Part shown: piece after piece, positions 30,001 through 45,000 of the stretch
Layout of the letters: each line of letters opens with the position of its first letter
Position numbering within the stretch: position 1 is the stretch's first letter
Source: Eledone cirrhosa
Lineage: Eukaryota
Reading direction: 5' to 3'
NCBI GenBank assembly: GCA_964016885.1
Contig: OZ024741.1
Location: 3,596,001 to 3,660,000, forward strand
Length of the DNA: 64,000 nucleotides
Position numbers and translations under genes: made by a program
The notes under the pieces: generated by a model
What the model was told of the DNA's origin: nothing
The model's database searches: none
What the model saw: the letters and a program-made list of their open reading frames with translations, nothing else

Positions 30001-33000
30001 GTTCTACATATAAGACCCTATCACTGTAGTTCTACATATAAGACCCTATCACTGTAGTTCTACATATAAGACCCTATCACTGTAGTTCTACATCTAAGGC
30101 CCTATCACTGTAGTTCTATATCTAAGACCCTATCACTGTAGTTCTACATATAAGACCGTATCACTGTAGTTCTACATATAAGACCCTATCATTATAGTTC
30201 TACATCTAAGATCCTATCACTGTAGTTCTATATCTAAGACCCTATCACAGTAGTTCTATATCTAAGACCCTATCACTGTAGTTCTACATATAAGGCCCTA
30301 TCACTGTAGTTCTATATCTAAGACCCTATCACTGTAGTTCTACATCTAAGACCCTATCAATGTAGTTCTACATCTAAGGCCCTATCACTGTAGTTCTATA
30401 TCTAAATTAAGACCCTATCACTGTAGTTCTACATCTAAGACCCTATCACTGTAGTTCTATATCTAAGACCCTATCACTGTAGTTCTATATCTAAGACCCT
30501 ATCACTGTAGTTCTACATCTAAGACCCTATCACTGTAGTTCTACATCTAAGACCCTATCACTGTAATTCTACATATAAGACCCTATCACTGTAGTTCTAC
30601 ATCTAAGACCCTATCACTGTAATTCTACATATAAGACCCTATCACTGTAGTTCTATATCTAAGACCCTATCACTGTAGTTCTATATCTAAGACCCTATCA
30701 CTGTAGTTCTACATCTAAGACCCTATCACTGTAGTTCTATATCTAAGACCCTATCACTGTAGTTCTATATTTAAGACCCTATCACTGTAGTTCTACATCT
30801 AAGACCCTATCACTGTAGTTCTACATCTAAGACCCTATCACTGTAATTCTACATATAAGACCCTATCACTGTAGTTCTACATCTAAGACCCTATCACTGT
30901 AATTCTACATATAAGACCCTATCACTGTAGTTCTATATCTAAGACCCTATCACTGTAGTTCTATATCTAAGACCCTATCACTGTAGTTCTACATCTAAGA
31001 CCCTATCAATGTAGTTCTACATCTAAGGCCCTATCACTGTAGTTCTACATCTAAGTTAAGACCCTATCACTGTAGTTTTACATCTAAGACCCTATCACTG
31101 TAGTTCTACATCTAAGGCCCTATCACTGTAGTTCTACATCTAAGTTAAGACCCTATCACTGTAGTTCTACATCTAAGTTAAGACCCTATCACTGTAGTTC
31201 TACATCTAAGACCCTATCACTGTAGTTCTACATTTAAGACCCTATCACTGTAGTTCTACATCTAAGTTAAGACAGTCACTGTAGTTCTACATATAAGTTA
31301 AGACCCTATCACTGTAGTTCTACATCTAAGACCCTATCACTGTAGTTCTATATCTAAGACCCTATCACTGTAGTTCTACATCTAAGGCCCTATCACTGTA
31401 GTTCTATATCTAAGACCCTATCACAGTAGTTCTACATCTAAGACCCTATCACTGTAGTTCTACATCTAAGACCCTATCACTGTAGTTCTACATCTAAGAC
31501 CCTATCACTGTAGTTCTACATCTAAGGCCCTATCACTGTAGTTCTATATCTAAGACCCTATCACTGAGGTTCTACATCTAAGGCCCTATCACTGTAGTTC
31601 TATATCTAAGACCCTATCACTGTAGTTCTATATCTAAGACCCTATCACAGTAGTTCTACATCTAAGTTAAGACCCTATCACTGTAGTTCTACATCTAAGA
31701 CCCTATCACTGTAGTTTTATATCCAAGACCCTGTCACTGTAGTTCTACATCTAAGACCCTATCACTGTAGTTCTACATCTAAGACCCTATCACTGTAGTT
31801 CTACATCTAAGACCCTATCACTGTAGTTCTACATCTAAGACCCTATCACTGTAGTTCTATATCTAAGTTAAGACCCTATCACTGTAGTTCTATATCTAAG
31901 TTAAGACCCTATCACTGTAGTTCTACATCTAAGACCCTATCACTGTAGTTCTACATCTAAGTTAAGACCCTATCCCTGTAGTTCTACATCTAAGACCCTA
32001 TCACTGTAGTTCTACATCTAAGACCCTATCACTGTAGTTCTACATCTAAGACCCTATCACTGTAGTTCTATATCTAAGTTAAGACCCTATCACTGTAGTT
32101 CTATATCTAAGTTAAGACCCTATCACTGTAGTTCTACATCTAAGACCCTATCACTGTAGTTCTACATCTAAGTTAAGACCCTATCACTGTAGTTCTACAT
32201 CTAAGACCCTATCACTGTAGTTCTACATCTAAGACCCTATCACTGTAGTTCTATATCTAAGACCCTATCACAGTAGTTCTACAACTAAGTTAAGACAGTC
32301 ACTGTAGTTCTACATATAAGTTAAGACCCTATCACTGTAGTTCTACATATAAGACCCTATCACTGTAGTTCTGTATCTAAGACCCTATCACTGTAGTTCT
32401 ATATCTAAGACCCTATCACTGTATTTCTATATCTAAGACCCTATCACTGTAGTTCTACATCTAAGACCCTATCACTGTATTTCTATATCTAAGACCCTAT
32501 CACTGTAGTTCTATATCTAAGACCCTATCACTGTAGCTCTACATCTAAGGCCCTATCACTGTAGTTCTACATCTAAGAACCTATCACTGTAGTTCTATAT
32601 CTAAGACACTATCACTGTAGTTCTATATCTAAGACCCTATCACTATAATTCTACATCTAAGGCCCTATCACTGTAGTTCTACATCTAAGAACCTATCACT
32701 GTAGTTCTACATCTAAGACACTATGACTGTAGTTCTACATCTAAGACCCTATCACTGTAGTTCTACATCTAAGACCCTATCACTGTAGTTCTATATCTAA
32801 GACCCTATCACTGTAGTTCTACATCTAAGGCCCTATCACTGTAGTTCTATATCTAAGACCCTATCACTGTAGTTCTACATATAAGACCGTATCAATGTAG
32901 TTCTACATATAAGACCCTATCACTGTAGTTCTACATCTAAGACCCTATCACTGTAGTTCTATATCTAAGACCGTATCACAGTAGTTCTACATCTAAATTA

Positions 33001-36000
33001 AGACCCTATCACTGTAGTTCTACATCTAAGACCCTATCACTGTAGTTCTATATCTAAGACACTATCACTGTAGTTCTATATCTAAGACCCTATCACTGTA
33101 GTTCTACATCTAAGACCCTATCACTGTAATTCTACATATAAGACCCTATCATTGTAGTTCTACATCTAAGACCCTATCACTGTAGTTCTACATATAAGGC
33201 CCTATCACTGTAGTTCTATATCTAAGACCCTATCACTGTAGTTCTACATCTAAGATCCTATCACTGTAGTTCTACATCTAAGACCCTATCACTGTAGGTC
33301 TACATATAAGACCCTATCACTATAGTTCAACATCTAAGACCCTATCACTGTAGTTCTATATCTAAGACCCTATCACTGTAGGTCTACATATAAGACCCTA
33401 TCACTGTAGTTCTATATCTAACACCCAATCACTGTAGTTCTACATCTAAGACACTATCACTATAGTTCTACATATAAGGCCCTATCACTGTAGTTCTATA
33501 TCTAAGACCCTATCACTGTAGTTCTACATCTAAGGCCCTATCACTGTAGTTCTACATCTAAGACCCTATCACTGTAGTTCTATATCTAAGTTAAGACCCT
33601 ATCACTGTAGTTCTATATCTAAGTTAAGACCCTATCACTATAGTTCTATATCTAAGTTAAGACCCTATCACTGTAGTTCTACATCTAAGACCCTATCACT
33701 GTATTTGTACATCTAAGACCCTATCACTGTAGTTCTACATCTAAGACCCTATCACTGTAGTTCTACATATAAGACCATATCACTGTAGTTCTATATCTAA
33801 GACCCTATCACAGTAGTTCTACATCTAAGACCCTATCACTGTAGTTCTATATCTAAGACACTATCACTGTAGTTCTAATTCTAAGACCCTATCACTGTAG
33901 TTCAACATATAAGACCCTATCACTGTAGTTCTACATTTAAGACCCTATCACTGTAGTTCTACATCTAAGACCCTATCACTGTAGTTCTACATCTAAGACC
34001 CTATCACAGCAGTTCTACATCTAAGGCTCTATCACTGTAGTTCTACATCTAAGACCCTAAGACCCTATCACTGTAGTTCTACATCTAAGGCCCTATCACT
34101 GTAGTTCTACATATAAGTTAAGACCCTACCACTGTAGTTCTATATCTAAGACTCTATCACTGTAGTTCTACATCTAAGACCCTATCACTGTAGTTCTACA
34201 TCTAAGACCCTATCACTGTAGTTCTATATCTTAGTTAAGACCTTATCACTCTAGTTCTATATCTAAGACCCTATCACTGTAGTTCTACATCTAACTTAAA
34301 ACCCTGTCACTGTAGTTCTACATCTAAGTTAGGACCCTATCACTCTAGTTCTATATCTAAGACCCCATCACTGTAGTTCTACATCTAAGAGCCTATCACT
34401 GTAGTTCTACATGTAAGTTAAGACCCTATCACTGTAGTTCTATATCTAAGTTAAGACCTTATCACTGTAGGTCTACATCTAAGACCCTATCACTGTAGTT
34501 CTACATCTAAGACCCTATCACCATAGTTCTACATCTAAGTTAAGACCCTATCACTATAGTTCTATATCTAAGACTCTATCACTGTGGTTCTACATCTAAG
34601 ACCCTATCACTGTAGTTCTACATCTAAGACCCTATCACTGTAGTTCTACATCTAAGACCCTATCACTATAGTTCTATATCTAAGACTCTATCACTGTAGT
34701 TCTACATCTAAGACCCTATCACTGTAGTTTTACATCTAAGACCCTATCACTGTAGTTCTACATCTAAGACCCTATCACTGTAGTTCTACATCTAAGACCC
34801 TATCACTGTAGTTCTACATATAAGTTAAGACCCTATCACTATAGTTCTATATCTAAGACCCTATCACTGTAGTTCTACATCTAAGGCCCTATCACTGTAG
34901 TTCTACATCTAAGACCCTATCACTGTAGTTCTACATCTAACACCCTATCACTGTAGTTCTACATCTAAGACCCTATCACTGTAGTTCTACATCTAAGACC
35001 CTATCACTGTAGTTCTACATCTAAGACCCTATCACTGTAGTTCTACATCTAAGACCCTATCACAGTAGTTCTACATCTAAGACCCTATCACAGTAGTTCT
35101 ATATCTAAGTTAAGACCCTATCATTGTAGTTCTACATCTAAAACCCTATCACTGTAGTTCTACATCTAAGACCCTATCACTGTAGTTCTACATCTAAAAC
35201 CCTATCACTGTAGTTCTATATCTAAGTTAAGACCCTATCACTGTAGTTCTACATCTAAGACCCTATCACTGTAGTTCTACATCTAAGACCCTATCAATGT
35301 AGTTCTACATCTAAGACCCTATCACAGTAGTTCTATATCTAAGTTAAGACCCTATCACTGTAGTTCTACATCTAAGACCCTATCACTGTAGTTCTACATC
35401 TAAGGCCCTATCACTGTAGTTCTACATCTAAGTTAAGACCTTATCACTGTAGTTCTACATCTAAGACCCTATCACTGTAGTTCTACATCTAAGTTAAGAC
35501 CCTATCACTGTAATTCTAAATCTAAGACCCTATCACTGTAGTTCTACATCTAAGACCCTATCACTGTAGTTCTATATCTAAGACCCTATCACAGTAGTTC
35601 TACATCTAAGTTAAGACAGTCACTGTAGTTCTACATATAAGTTAAGACCCTATCACTGTAATTCTAAATCTAAGACCCTATCACTGTAGTTCTACATCTA
35701 AGACCCTATCACTGTAGTTCTATATCTAAGACCCTATCACTGTAGTTCTACATCTAAGACCCTATCACTGTAGTTCTATATCTAAGACCCTATCACTGTA
35801 GTTCTACATCTAAGGCCCTATCACTGTAGTTCTATATCTAAGACTCTATCACTGTAGTTCTACATCTAAGACCCTGTCACTGTGGTTCTACATCTAAGAC
35901 CCTATCACTGTAGTTCTACATCTAAGACCCTATCACTGTAGTTCTACATCTAAGACCCTATCACTGTAGTTCTACATCTAAGACCCTGTCACTGTAGTTC

Positions 36001-39000
36001 TACATCTAAGACCCTATCACTGTAGTTCTATATCTAAGACCCTATCACTGTAGTTCTACATCTAAGACCCTATCACTGTAGTTCTACATCTAAGACCCTA
36101 TCACTGTAGTTCTACATCTAAGACCCTATCACTGTAGTTCTATATCTAAGTTAAGACCCTATCACTGTAGTTCTACATCTAAGGCCCTATCACTGTAGTT
36201 CTATATCTAAGACCCTATCACTGTAGTTCTATATCTAAGACCCTATCACTGTAGTTCTACATCTAAGACCCATCACTGTAGTTCTAAATGTAAGACCCTA
36301 TCTCTGTAGTTCTACATCTAAAACCCTATCACTATAGTTCTATATCTAAGACCCTATCACTGTAGTTCTACATCTAAGACCCTATCTCTATAGTTCTACA
36401 TCTAAAACCCTATCACTATAGTTCTATATCTAAGACCCTACCACTGTAGTTCTACATCTAAGACCCTATCACTGTAGTTCTATATCTAAGACCTTATCAC
36501 TGTAGTTCTATATCTAAGACTCTATCACTGTAGTTCTACATCTAAGACCCTGCCACTGTAGTTCAACATATAAGACCCTATCACTGTAGTTCTACATCTA
36601 AGTTAAGACCCTATCACTGTAGTTCTACATCTAAGACCCTATCACTGTAGTTCTACATCTAAGACCCTATCACTGTAGTTCTACATCTAAGTTAAGACCC
36701 TATCACTGTAGTTCTACATCTAAGATCCTATCACTGTAGTTCTACATCTAAGGCCCTATCACTGTAGTTCTACATCTAAGTTAAGACCCTATCACTGTAG
36801 TTCTACATCTAAGACCCTATCACTGTAGTTCTACATCTAAGGCCCTATCACTGTAGTTCTACATCTAAGTTAAGACCCTATCACTGTAGTTCTAAATCTA
36901 AGACCCTATCACTGTAGTTCTACATCTAAGACCCTATCACTGTAGTTCTATATCTAAGACCCTATCACAGTAGTTCTACATCTAAGTTAAGACAGTCACT
37001 GTAGTTCTACATATAAGTTAAGACCCTATCACTGTAGTTCTACATCTAAGACCCTATCACTGTAGTTCTATATCTAAGACCCTATCACTGTAGCTCTACA
37101 TCTAAAGACCTATCACTGTAGTTCTACATCTAAGACCCTATCACTGTAGTTCTATATCTAAGACCCTATCACTGTAGCTCTACATCTAAGATCCTATCAC
37201 TGTAGGTCTACATCTAAGACCCTATCACTGTAGTTCTACATCTAAGACCCTATCACTGTAGTTCTATATCTAAGACCCTATCACAGTAGTTCTACATCTA
37301 AGACCCTATCACTGTAGTTCTACATCTAAGACCCTATCACTGTAGTTTTATATCCAAGACCCTATCACTGTAGTTCTACATCTAAGACCCTATCACTGTA
37401 GTTCTACATCTAAGACCCTATCACTGTAGTTCTACATATAAGACCCTATCACTGTAGTTCTACATATAAGACCCTATCACTGTAGTTCTACATCTAAGGC
37501 CCTATCACTGTAGTTCTATATCTAAGACCCTATCACTGTAGTTCTACATATAAGACTGTATCAATGTAGTTCTACATATAAGACCCTATCACTGTAGTTC
37601 TACATCTAAGACCCTATCACTGTAGTTCTATATCTAAGACCGTATCACAGTAGTTCTACATCTAAATTAAGACCCTATCACTGTAGTTCTACATCTAAGA
37701 CCCTATCACTGTAGTTCTATATCTAAGACCCTATCACTGTAGTTCTATATCTAAGACCCTATCACTGTAGTTCTACATCTAAGACCCTATCACTGTAGTT
37801 CTACATCTAAGACCCTATCACTGTAATTCTACATATAAGACCCTATCATTGTAGTTCTACATCTAAGACCCTATCACTGTAGTTCTACATATAAGGCCCT
37901 ATCACTGTAGTTCTATATCTAAGACCCTATCACTGTAGTTCTACATCTAAGATCCTATCACTGTAGTTCTACATCTAAGACCCTATCACTGTAGGTCTAC
38001 ATATAAGACCCTATCACTATAGTTCAACATCTAAGACCCTATCACTGTAGTTCTATATCTAAGACCCTATCACTGTAGGTCTACATATAAGACCCTATCA
38101 CTGTAGTTCTATATCTAACACCCAATCACTGTAGTTCTACATCTAAGACACTATCACTATAGTTCTACATATAACGCCCTATCACTGTAGTTCTATATCT
38201 AAGACCCTATCACTGTAGTTCTACATCTAAGACCCTATCACTGTAGTTCTACATCTAAGACCCTATCACTGTAGTTCTATATCTAAGTTAAGACCCTATC
38301 ACTGTAGTTCTATATCTAAGTTAAGACCCTATCACTGTAGTTCTATATCTAAGTTAAGACCCTATCACTGTAGTTCTACATCTAAGACCCTATCACTGTA
38401 TTTGTACATCTAAGACCCTATCACTGTAGTTCTACATCTAAGACCCTATCACTGTAGTTCTACATATAAGACCATATCACTGTAGTTCTATATCTAAGAC
38501 ACTATCACTGTAGTTCTACATCTAAGACCCTATCACTGTAGTTCTATATCTAAGACACTATCACTGTAGTTCTACATCTAAGACCCTATCACTGTAGTTC
38601 AACATATAAGACCCTATCACTGTAGTTCTACATTTAAGACCCTATCACTGTAGTTCTACATCTAAGACCCTATCACTGTAGTTCTACATCTAAGACCCTA
38701 TCACTGTAGTTCTATATCTAAGTTAAGACCCTATCACTGTAGTTCTATATCTAAGTTAAGACCCTATCACTGTAGTTCTACATCTAAGACCCTATCACTG
38801 TAGTTCTACATCTAAGTTAAGACCCTATCACTGTAGTTCTACATCTAAGACCCTATCACTGTAGTTCTACATCTAAGACCCTATCACTGTAGTTCTATAT
38901 CTAAGACCCTATCACAGTAGTTCTACAACTAAGTTAAGACAGTCACTGTAGTTCTACATATAAGTTAAGACCCTATCACTGTAGTTCTACATATAAGACC

Positions 39001-42000
39001 CTATCACTGTAGTTCTGTATCTAAGACCCTATCACTGTAGTTCTATATCTAAGACCCTATCACTGTATTTCTATATCTAAGACCCTATCACTGTAGTTCT
39101 ACATCTAAGACCCTATCACTGTATTTCTATATCTAAGACCCTATCACTGTAGTTCTATATCTAAGACCCTATCACTGTAGCTCTACATCTAAGGCCCTAT
39201 CACTGTAGTTCTACATCTAAGAACCTATCACTGTAGTTCTACATCTAAGACACTATCACTGTAGTTCTATATCTAAGACCCTATCACTATAATTCTACAT
39301 CTAAGGCCCTATCACTGTAGTTCTACATCTAAGAACCTATCACTGTAGTTCTACATCTAAGACACTATGACTGTAGTTCTACATCTAAGACCCTATCACT
39401 GTAGTTCTACATCTAAGACCCTATCACTGTAGTTCTATATCTAAGACCCTATCACTGTAGTTCTACATCTAAGGCCCTATCACTGTAGTTCTATATCTAA
39501 GACCCTATCACTGTAGTTCTACATATAAGACCGTATCAATGTAGTTCTACATATAAGACCCTATCACTGTAGTTCTACATCTAAGACCCTATCACTGTAG
39601 TTCTATATCTAAGACCGTATCACAGTAGTTCTACATCTAAATTAAGACCCTATCACTGTAGTTCTACATCTAAGACCCTATCACTGTAGTTCTATATCTA
39701 AGACACTATCACTGTAGTTCTATATCTAAGACCCTATCACTGTAGTTCTACATCTAAGACCCTATCACTGTAATTCTACATATAAGACCCTATCATTGTA
39801 GTTCTACATCTAAGACCCTATCACTGTAGTTCTACATATAAGGCCCTATCACTGTAGTTCTATATCTAAGACCCTATCACTGTAGTTCTACATCTAAGAT
39901 CCTATCACTGTAGTTCTACATCTAAGACCCTATCACTGTAGGTCTACATATAAGACCCTATCACTATAGTTCAACATCTAAGACCCTATCACTGTAGTTC
40001 TATATCTAAGACCCTATCACTGTAGGTCTACATATAAGACCCTATCACTGTAGTTCTATATCTAACACCCAATCACTGTAGTTCTACATCTAAGACACTA
40101 TCACTATAGTTCTACATATAAGGCCCTATCACTGTAGTTCTATATCTAAGACCCTATCACTGTAGTTCTACATCTAAGGCCCTATCACTGTAGTTCTACA
40201 TCTAAGACCCTATCACTGTAGTTCTATATCTAAGTTAAGACCCTATCACTGTAGTTCTATATCTAAGTTAAGACCCTATCACTATAGTTCTATATCTAAG
40301 TTAAGACCCTATCACTGTAGTTCTACATCTAAGACCCTATCACTGTATTTGTACATCTAAGACCCTATCACTGTAGTTCTACATCTAAGACCCTATCACT
40401 GTAGTTCTACATATAAGACCATATCACTGTAGTTCTATATCTAAGACCCTATCACAGTAGTTCTACATCTAAGACCCTATCACTGTAGTTCTATATCTAA
40501 GACACTATCACTGTAGTTCTAATTCTAAGACCCTATCACTGTAGTTCAACATATAAGACCCTATCACTGTAGTTCTACATTTAAGACCCTATCACTGTAG
40601 TTCTACATCTAAGACCCTATCACTGTAGTTCTACATCTAAGACCCTATCACAGCAGTTCTACATCTAAGGCTCTATCACTGTAGTTCTACATCTAAGACC
40701 CTAAGACCCTATCACTGTAGTTCTACATCTAAGGCCCTATCACTGTAGTTCTACATATAAGTTAAGACCCTACCACTGTAGTTCTATATCTAAGACTCTA
40801 TCACTGTAGTTCTACATCTAAGACCCTATCACTGTAGTTCTACATCTAAGACCCTATCACTGTAGTTCTATATCTTAGTTAAGACCTTATCACTCTAGTT
40901 CTATATCTAAGACCCTATCACTGTAGTTCTACATCTAACTTAAAACCCTGTCACTGTAGTTCTACATCTAAGTTAGGACCCTATCACTCTAGTTCTATAT
41001 CTAAGACCCCATCACTGTAGTTCTACATCTAAGAGCCTATCACTGTAGTTCTACATGTAAGTTAAGACCCTATCACTGTAGTTCTATATCTAAGTTAAGA
41101 CCTTATCACTGTAGGTCTACATCTAAGACCCTATCACTGTAGTTCTACATCTAAGACCCTATCACCGTAGTTCTACATCTAAGTTAAGACCCTATCACTA
41201 TAGTTCTATATCTAAGACTCTATCACTGTGGTTCTACATCTAAGACCCTATCACTGTAGTTCTACATCTAAGACCCTATCACTGTAGTTCTACATCTAAG
41301 ACCCTATCACTATAGTTCTATATCTAAGACTCTATCACTGTAGTTCTACATCTAAGACCCTATCACTGTAGTTTTACATCTAAGACCCTATCACTGTAGT
41401 TCTACATCTAAGACCCTATCACTGTAGTTCTACATCTAAGACCCTATCACTGTAGTTCTACATATAAGTTAAGACCCTATCACTATAGTTCTATATCTAA
41501 GACCCTATCACTGTAGTTCTACATCTAAGGCCCTATCACTGTAGTTCTACATCTAAGACCCTATCACTGTAGTTCTACATCTAACACCCTATCACTGTAG
41601 TTCTACATCTAAGACCCTATCACTGTAGTTCTACATCTAAGACCCTATCACTGTAGTTCTACATCTAAGACCCTATCACTGTAGTTCTACATCTAAGACC
41701 CTATCACAGTAGTTCTACATCTAAGACCCTATCACAGTAGTTCTATATCTAAGTTAAGACCCTATCATTGTAGTTCTACATCTAAAACCCTATCACTGTA
41801 GTTCTACATCTAAGACCCTATCACTGTAGTTCTACATCTAAAACCCTATCACTGTAGTTCTATATCTAAGTTAAGACCCTATCACTGTAGTTCTACATCT
41901 AAGACCCTATCACTGTAGTTCTACATCTAAGACCCTATCAATGTAGTTCTACATCTAAGACCCTATCACAGTAGTTCTATATCTAAGTTAAGACCCTATC

Positions 42001-45000
42001 ACTGTAGTTCTACATCTAAGACCCTATCACTGTAGTTCTACATCTAAGGCCCTATCACTGTAGTTCTACATCTAAGTTAAGACCTTATCACTGTAGTTCT
42101 ACATCTAAGACCCTATCACTGTAGTTCTACATCTAAGTTAAGACCCTATCACTGTAATTCTAAATCTAAGACCCTATCACTGTAGTTCTACATCTAAGAC
42201 CCTATCACTGTAGTTCTATATCTAAGACCCTATCACAGTAGTTCTACATCTAAGTTAAGACAGTCACTGTAGTTCTACATATAAGTTAAGACCCTATCAC
42301 TGTAATTCTAAATCTAAGACCCTATCACTGTAGTTCTACATCTAAGACCCTATCACTGTAGTTCTATATCTAAGACCCTATCACTGTAGTTCTACATCTA
42401 AGACCCTATCACTGTAGTTCTATATCTAAGACCCTATCACTGTAGTTCTACATCTAAGGCCCTATCACTGTAGTTCTATATCTAAGACTCTATCACTGTA
42501 GTTCTACATCTAAGACCCTGTCACTGTGGTTCTACATCTAAGACCCTATCACTGTAGTTCTACATCTAAGACCCTATCACTGTAGTTCTACATCTAAGAC
42601 CCTATCACTGTAGTTCTACATCTAAGACCCTGTCACTGTAGTTCTACATCTAAGACCCTATCACTGTAGTTCTATATCTAAGACCCTATCACTGTAGTTC
42701 TACATCTAAGACCCTATCACTGTAGTTCTACATCTAAGACCCTATCACTGTAGTTCTACATCTAAGACCCTATCACTGTAGTTCTATATCTAAGTTAAGA
42801 CCCTATCACTGTAGTTCTACATCTAAGGCCCTATCACTGTAGTTCTATATCTAAGACCCTATCACTGTAGTTCTATATCTAAGACCCTATCACTGTAGTT
42901 CTACATCTAAGACCCATCACTGTAGTTCTAAATGTAAGACCCTATCTCTGTAGTTCTACATCTAAAACCCTATCACTATAGTTCTATATCTAAGACCCTA
43001 TCACTGTAGTTCTACATCTAAGACCCTATCTCTATAGTTCTACATCTAAAACCCTATCACTATAGTTCTATATCTAAGACCCTACCACTGTAGTTCTACA
43101 TCTAAGACCCTATCACTGTAGTTCTATATCTAAGACCTTATCACTGTAGTTCTATATCTAAGACTCTATCACTGTAGTTCTACATCTAAGACCCTGCCAC
43201 TGTAGTTCAACATATAAGACCCTATCACTGTAGTTCTACATCTAAGTTAAGACCCTATCACTGTAGTTCTACATCTAAGACCCTATCACTGTAGTTCTAC
43301 ATCTAAGACCCTATCACTGTAGTTCTACATCTAAGTTAAGACCCTATCACTGTAGTTCTACATCTAAGATCCTATCACTGTAGTTCTACATCTAAGGCCC
43401 TATCACTGTAGTTCTACATCTAAGTTAAGACCCTATCACTGTAGTTCTACATCTAAGACCCTATCACTGTAGTTCTACATCTAAGGCCCTATCACTGTAG
43501 TTCTACATCTAAGTTAAGACCCTATCACTGTAGTTCTAAATCTAAGACCCTATCACTGTAGTTCTACATCTAAGACCCTATCACTGTAGTTCTATATCTA
43601 AGACCCTATCACAGTAGTTCTACATCTAAGTTAAGACAGTCACTGTAGTTCTACATATAAGTTAAGACCCTATCACTGTAGTTCTACATCTAAGACCCTA
43701 TCACTGTAGTTCTATATCTAAGACCCTATCACTGTAGCTCTACATCTAAAGACCTATCACTGTAGTTCTACATCTAAGACCCTATCACTGTAGTTCTATA
43801 TCTAAGACCCTATCACTGTAGCTCTACATCTAAGATCCTATCACTGTAGGTCTACATCTAAGACCCTATCACTGTAGTTCTACATCTAAGACCCTATCAC
43901 TGTAGTTCTATATCTAAGACCCTATCACAGTAGTTCTACATCTAAGACCCTATCACTGTAGTTCTACATCTAAGACCCTATCACTGTAGTTTTATATCCA
44001 AGACCCTATCACTGTAGTTCTACATCTAAGACCCTATCACTGTAGTTCTACATCTAAGACCCTATCACTGTAGTTCTACATATAAGACCCTATCACTGTA
44101 GTTCTACATATAAGACCCTATCACTGTAGTTCTACATCTAAGGCCCTATCACTGTAGTTCTATATCTAAGACCCTATCACTGTAGTTCTACATATAAGAC
44201 TGTATCAATGTAGTTCTACATATAAGACCCTATCACTGTAGTTCTACATCTAAGACCCTATCACTGTAGTTCTATATCTAAGACCGTATCACAGTAGTTC
44301 TACATCTAAATTAAGACCCTATCACTGTAGTTCTACATCTAAGACCCTATCACTGTAGTTCTATATCTAAGACCCTATCACTGTAGTTCTATATCTAAGA
44401 CCCTATCACTGTAGTTCTACATCTAAGACCCTATCACTGTAGTTCTACATCTAAGACCCTATCACTGTAATTCTACATATAAGACCCTATCAGTGTAGTT
44501 CTACATCTAAGACCCTATCACTGTAGTTCTACATATAAGGCCCTATCACTGTAGTTCTATATCTAAGACCCTATCACTGTAGTTCTACATCTAAGATCCT
44601 ATCACTGTAGTTCTACATCTAAGACCCTATCACTGTAGGTCTACATATAAGACCCTATCACTATAGTTCAACATCTAAGACCCTATCACTGTAGTTCTAT
44701 ATCTAAGACCCTATCACTGTAGGTCTACATATAAGACCCTATCACTGTAGTTCTATATCTAACACCCAATCACTGTAGTTCTACATCTAAGACACTATCA
44801 CTATAGTTCTACATATAACGCCCTATCACTGTAGTTCTATATCTAAGACCCTATCACTGTAGTTCTACATCTAAGACCCTATCACTGTAGTTCTACATCT
44901 AAGACCCTATCACTGTAGTTCTATATCTAAGTTAAGACCCTATCACTGTAGTTCTATATCTAAGTTAAGACCCTATCACTGTAGTTCTATATCTAAGTTA

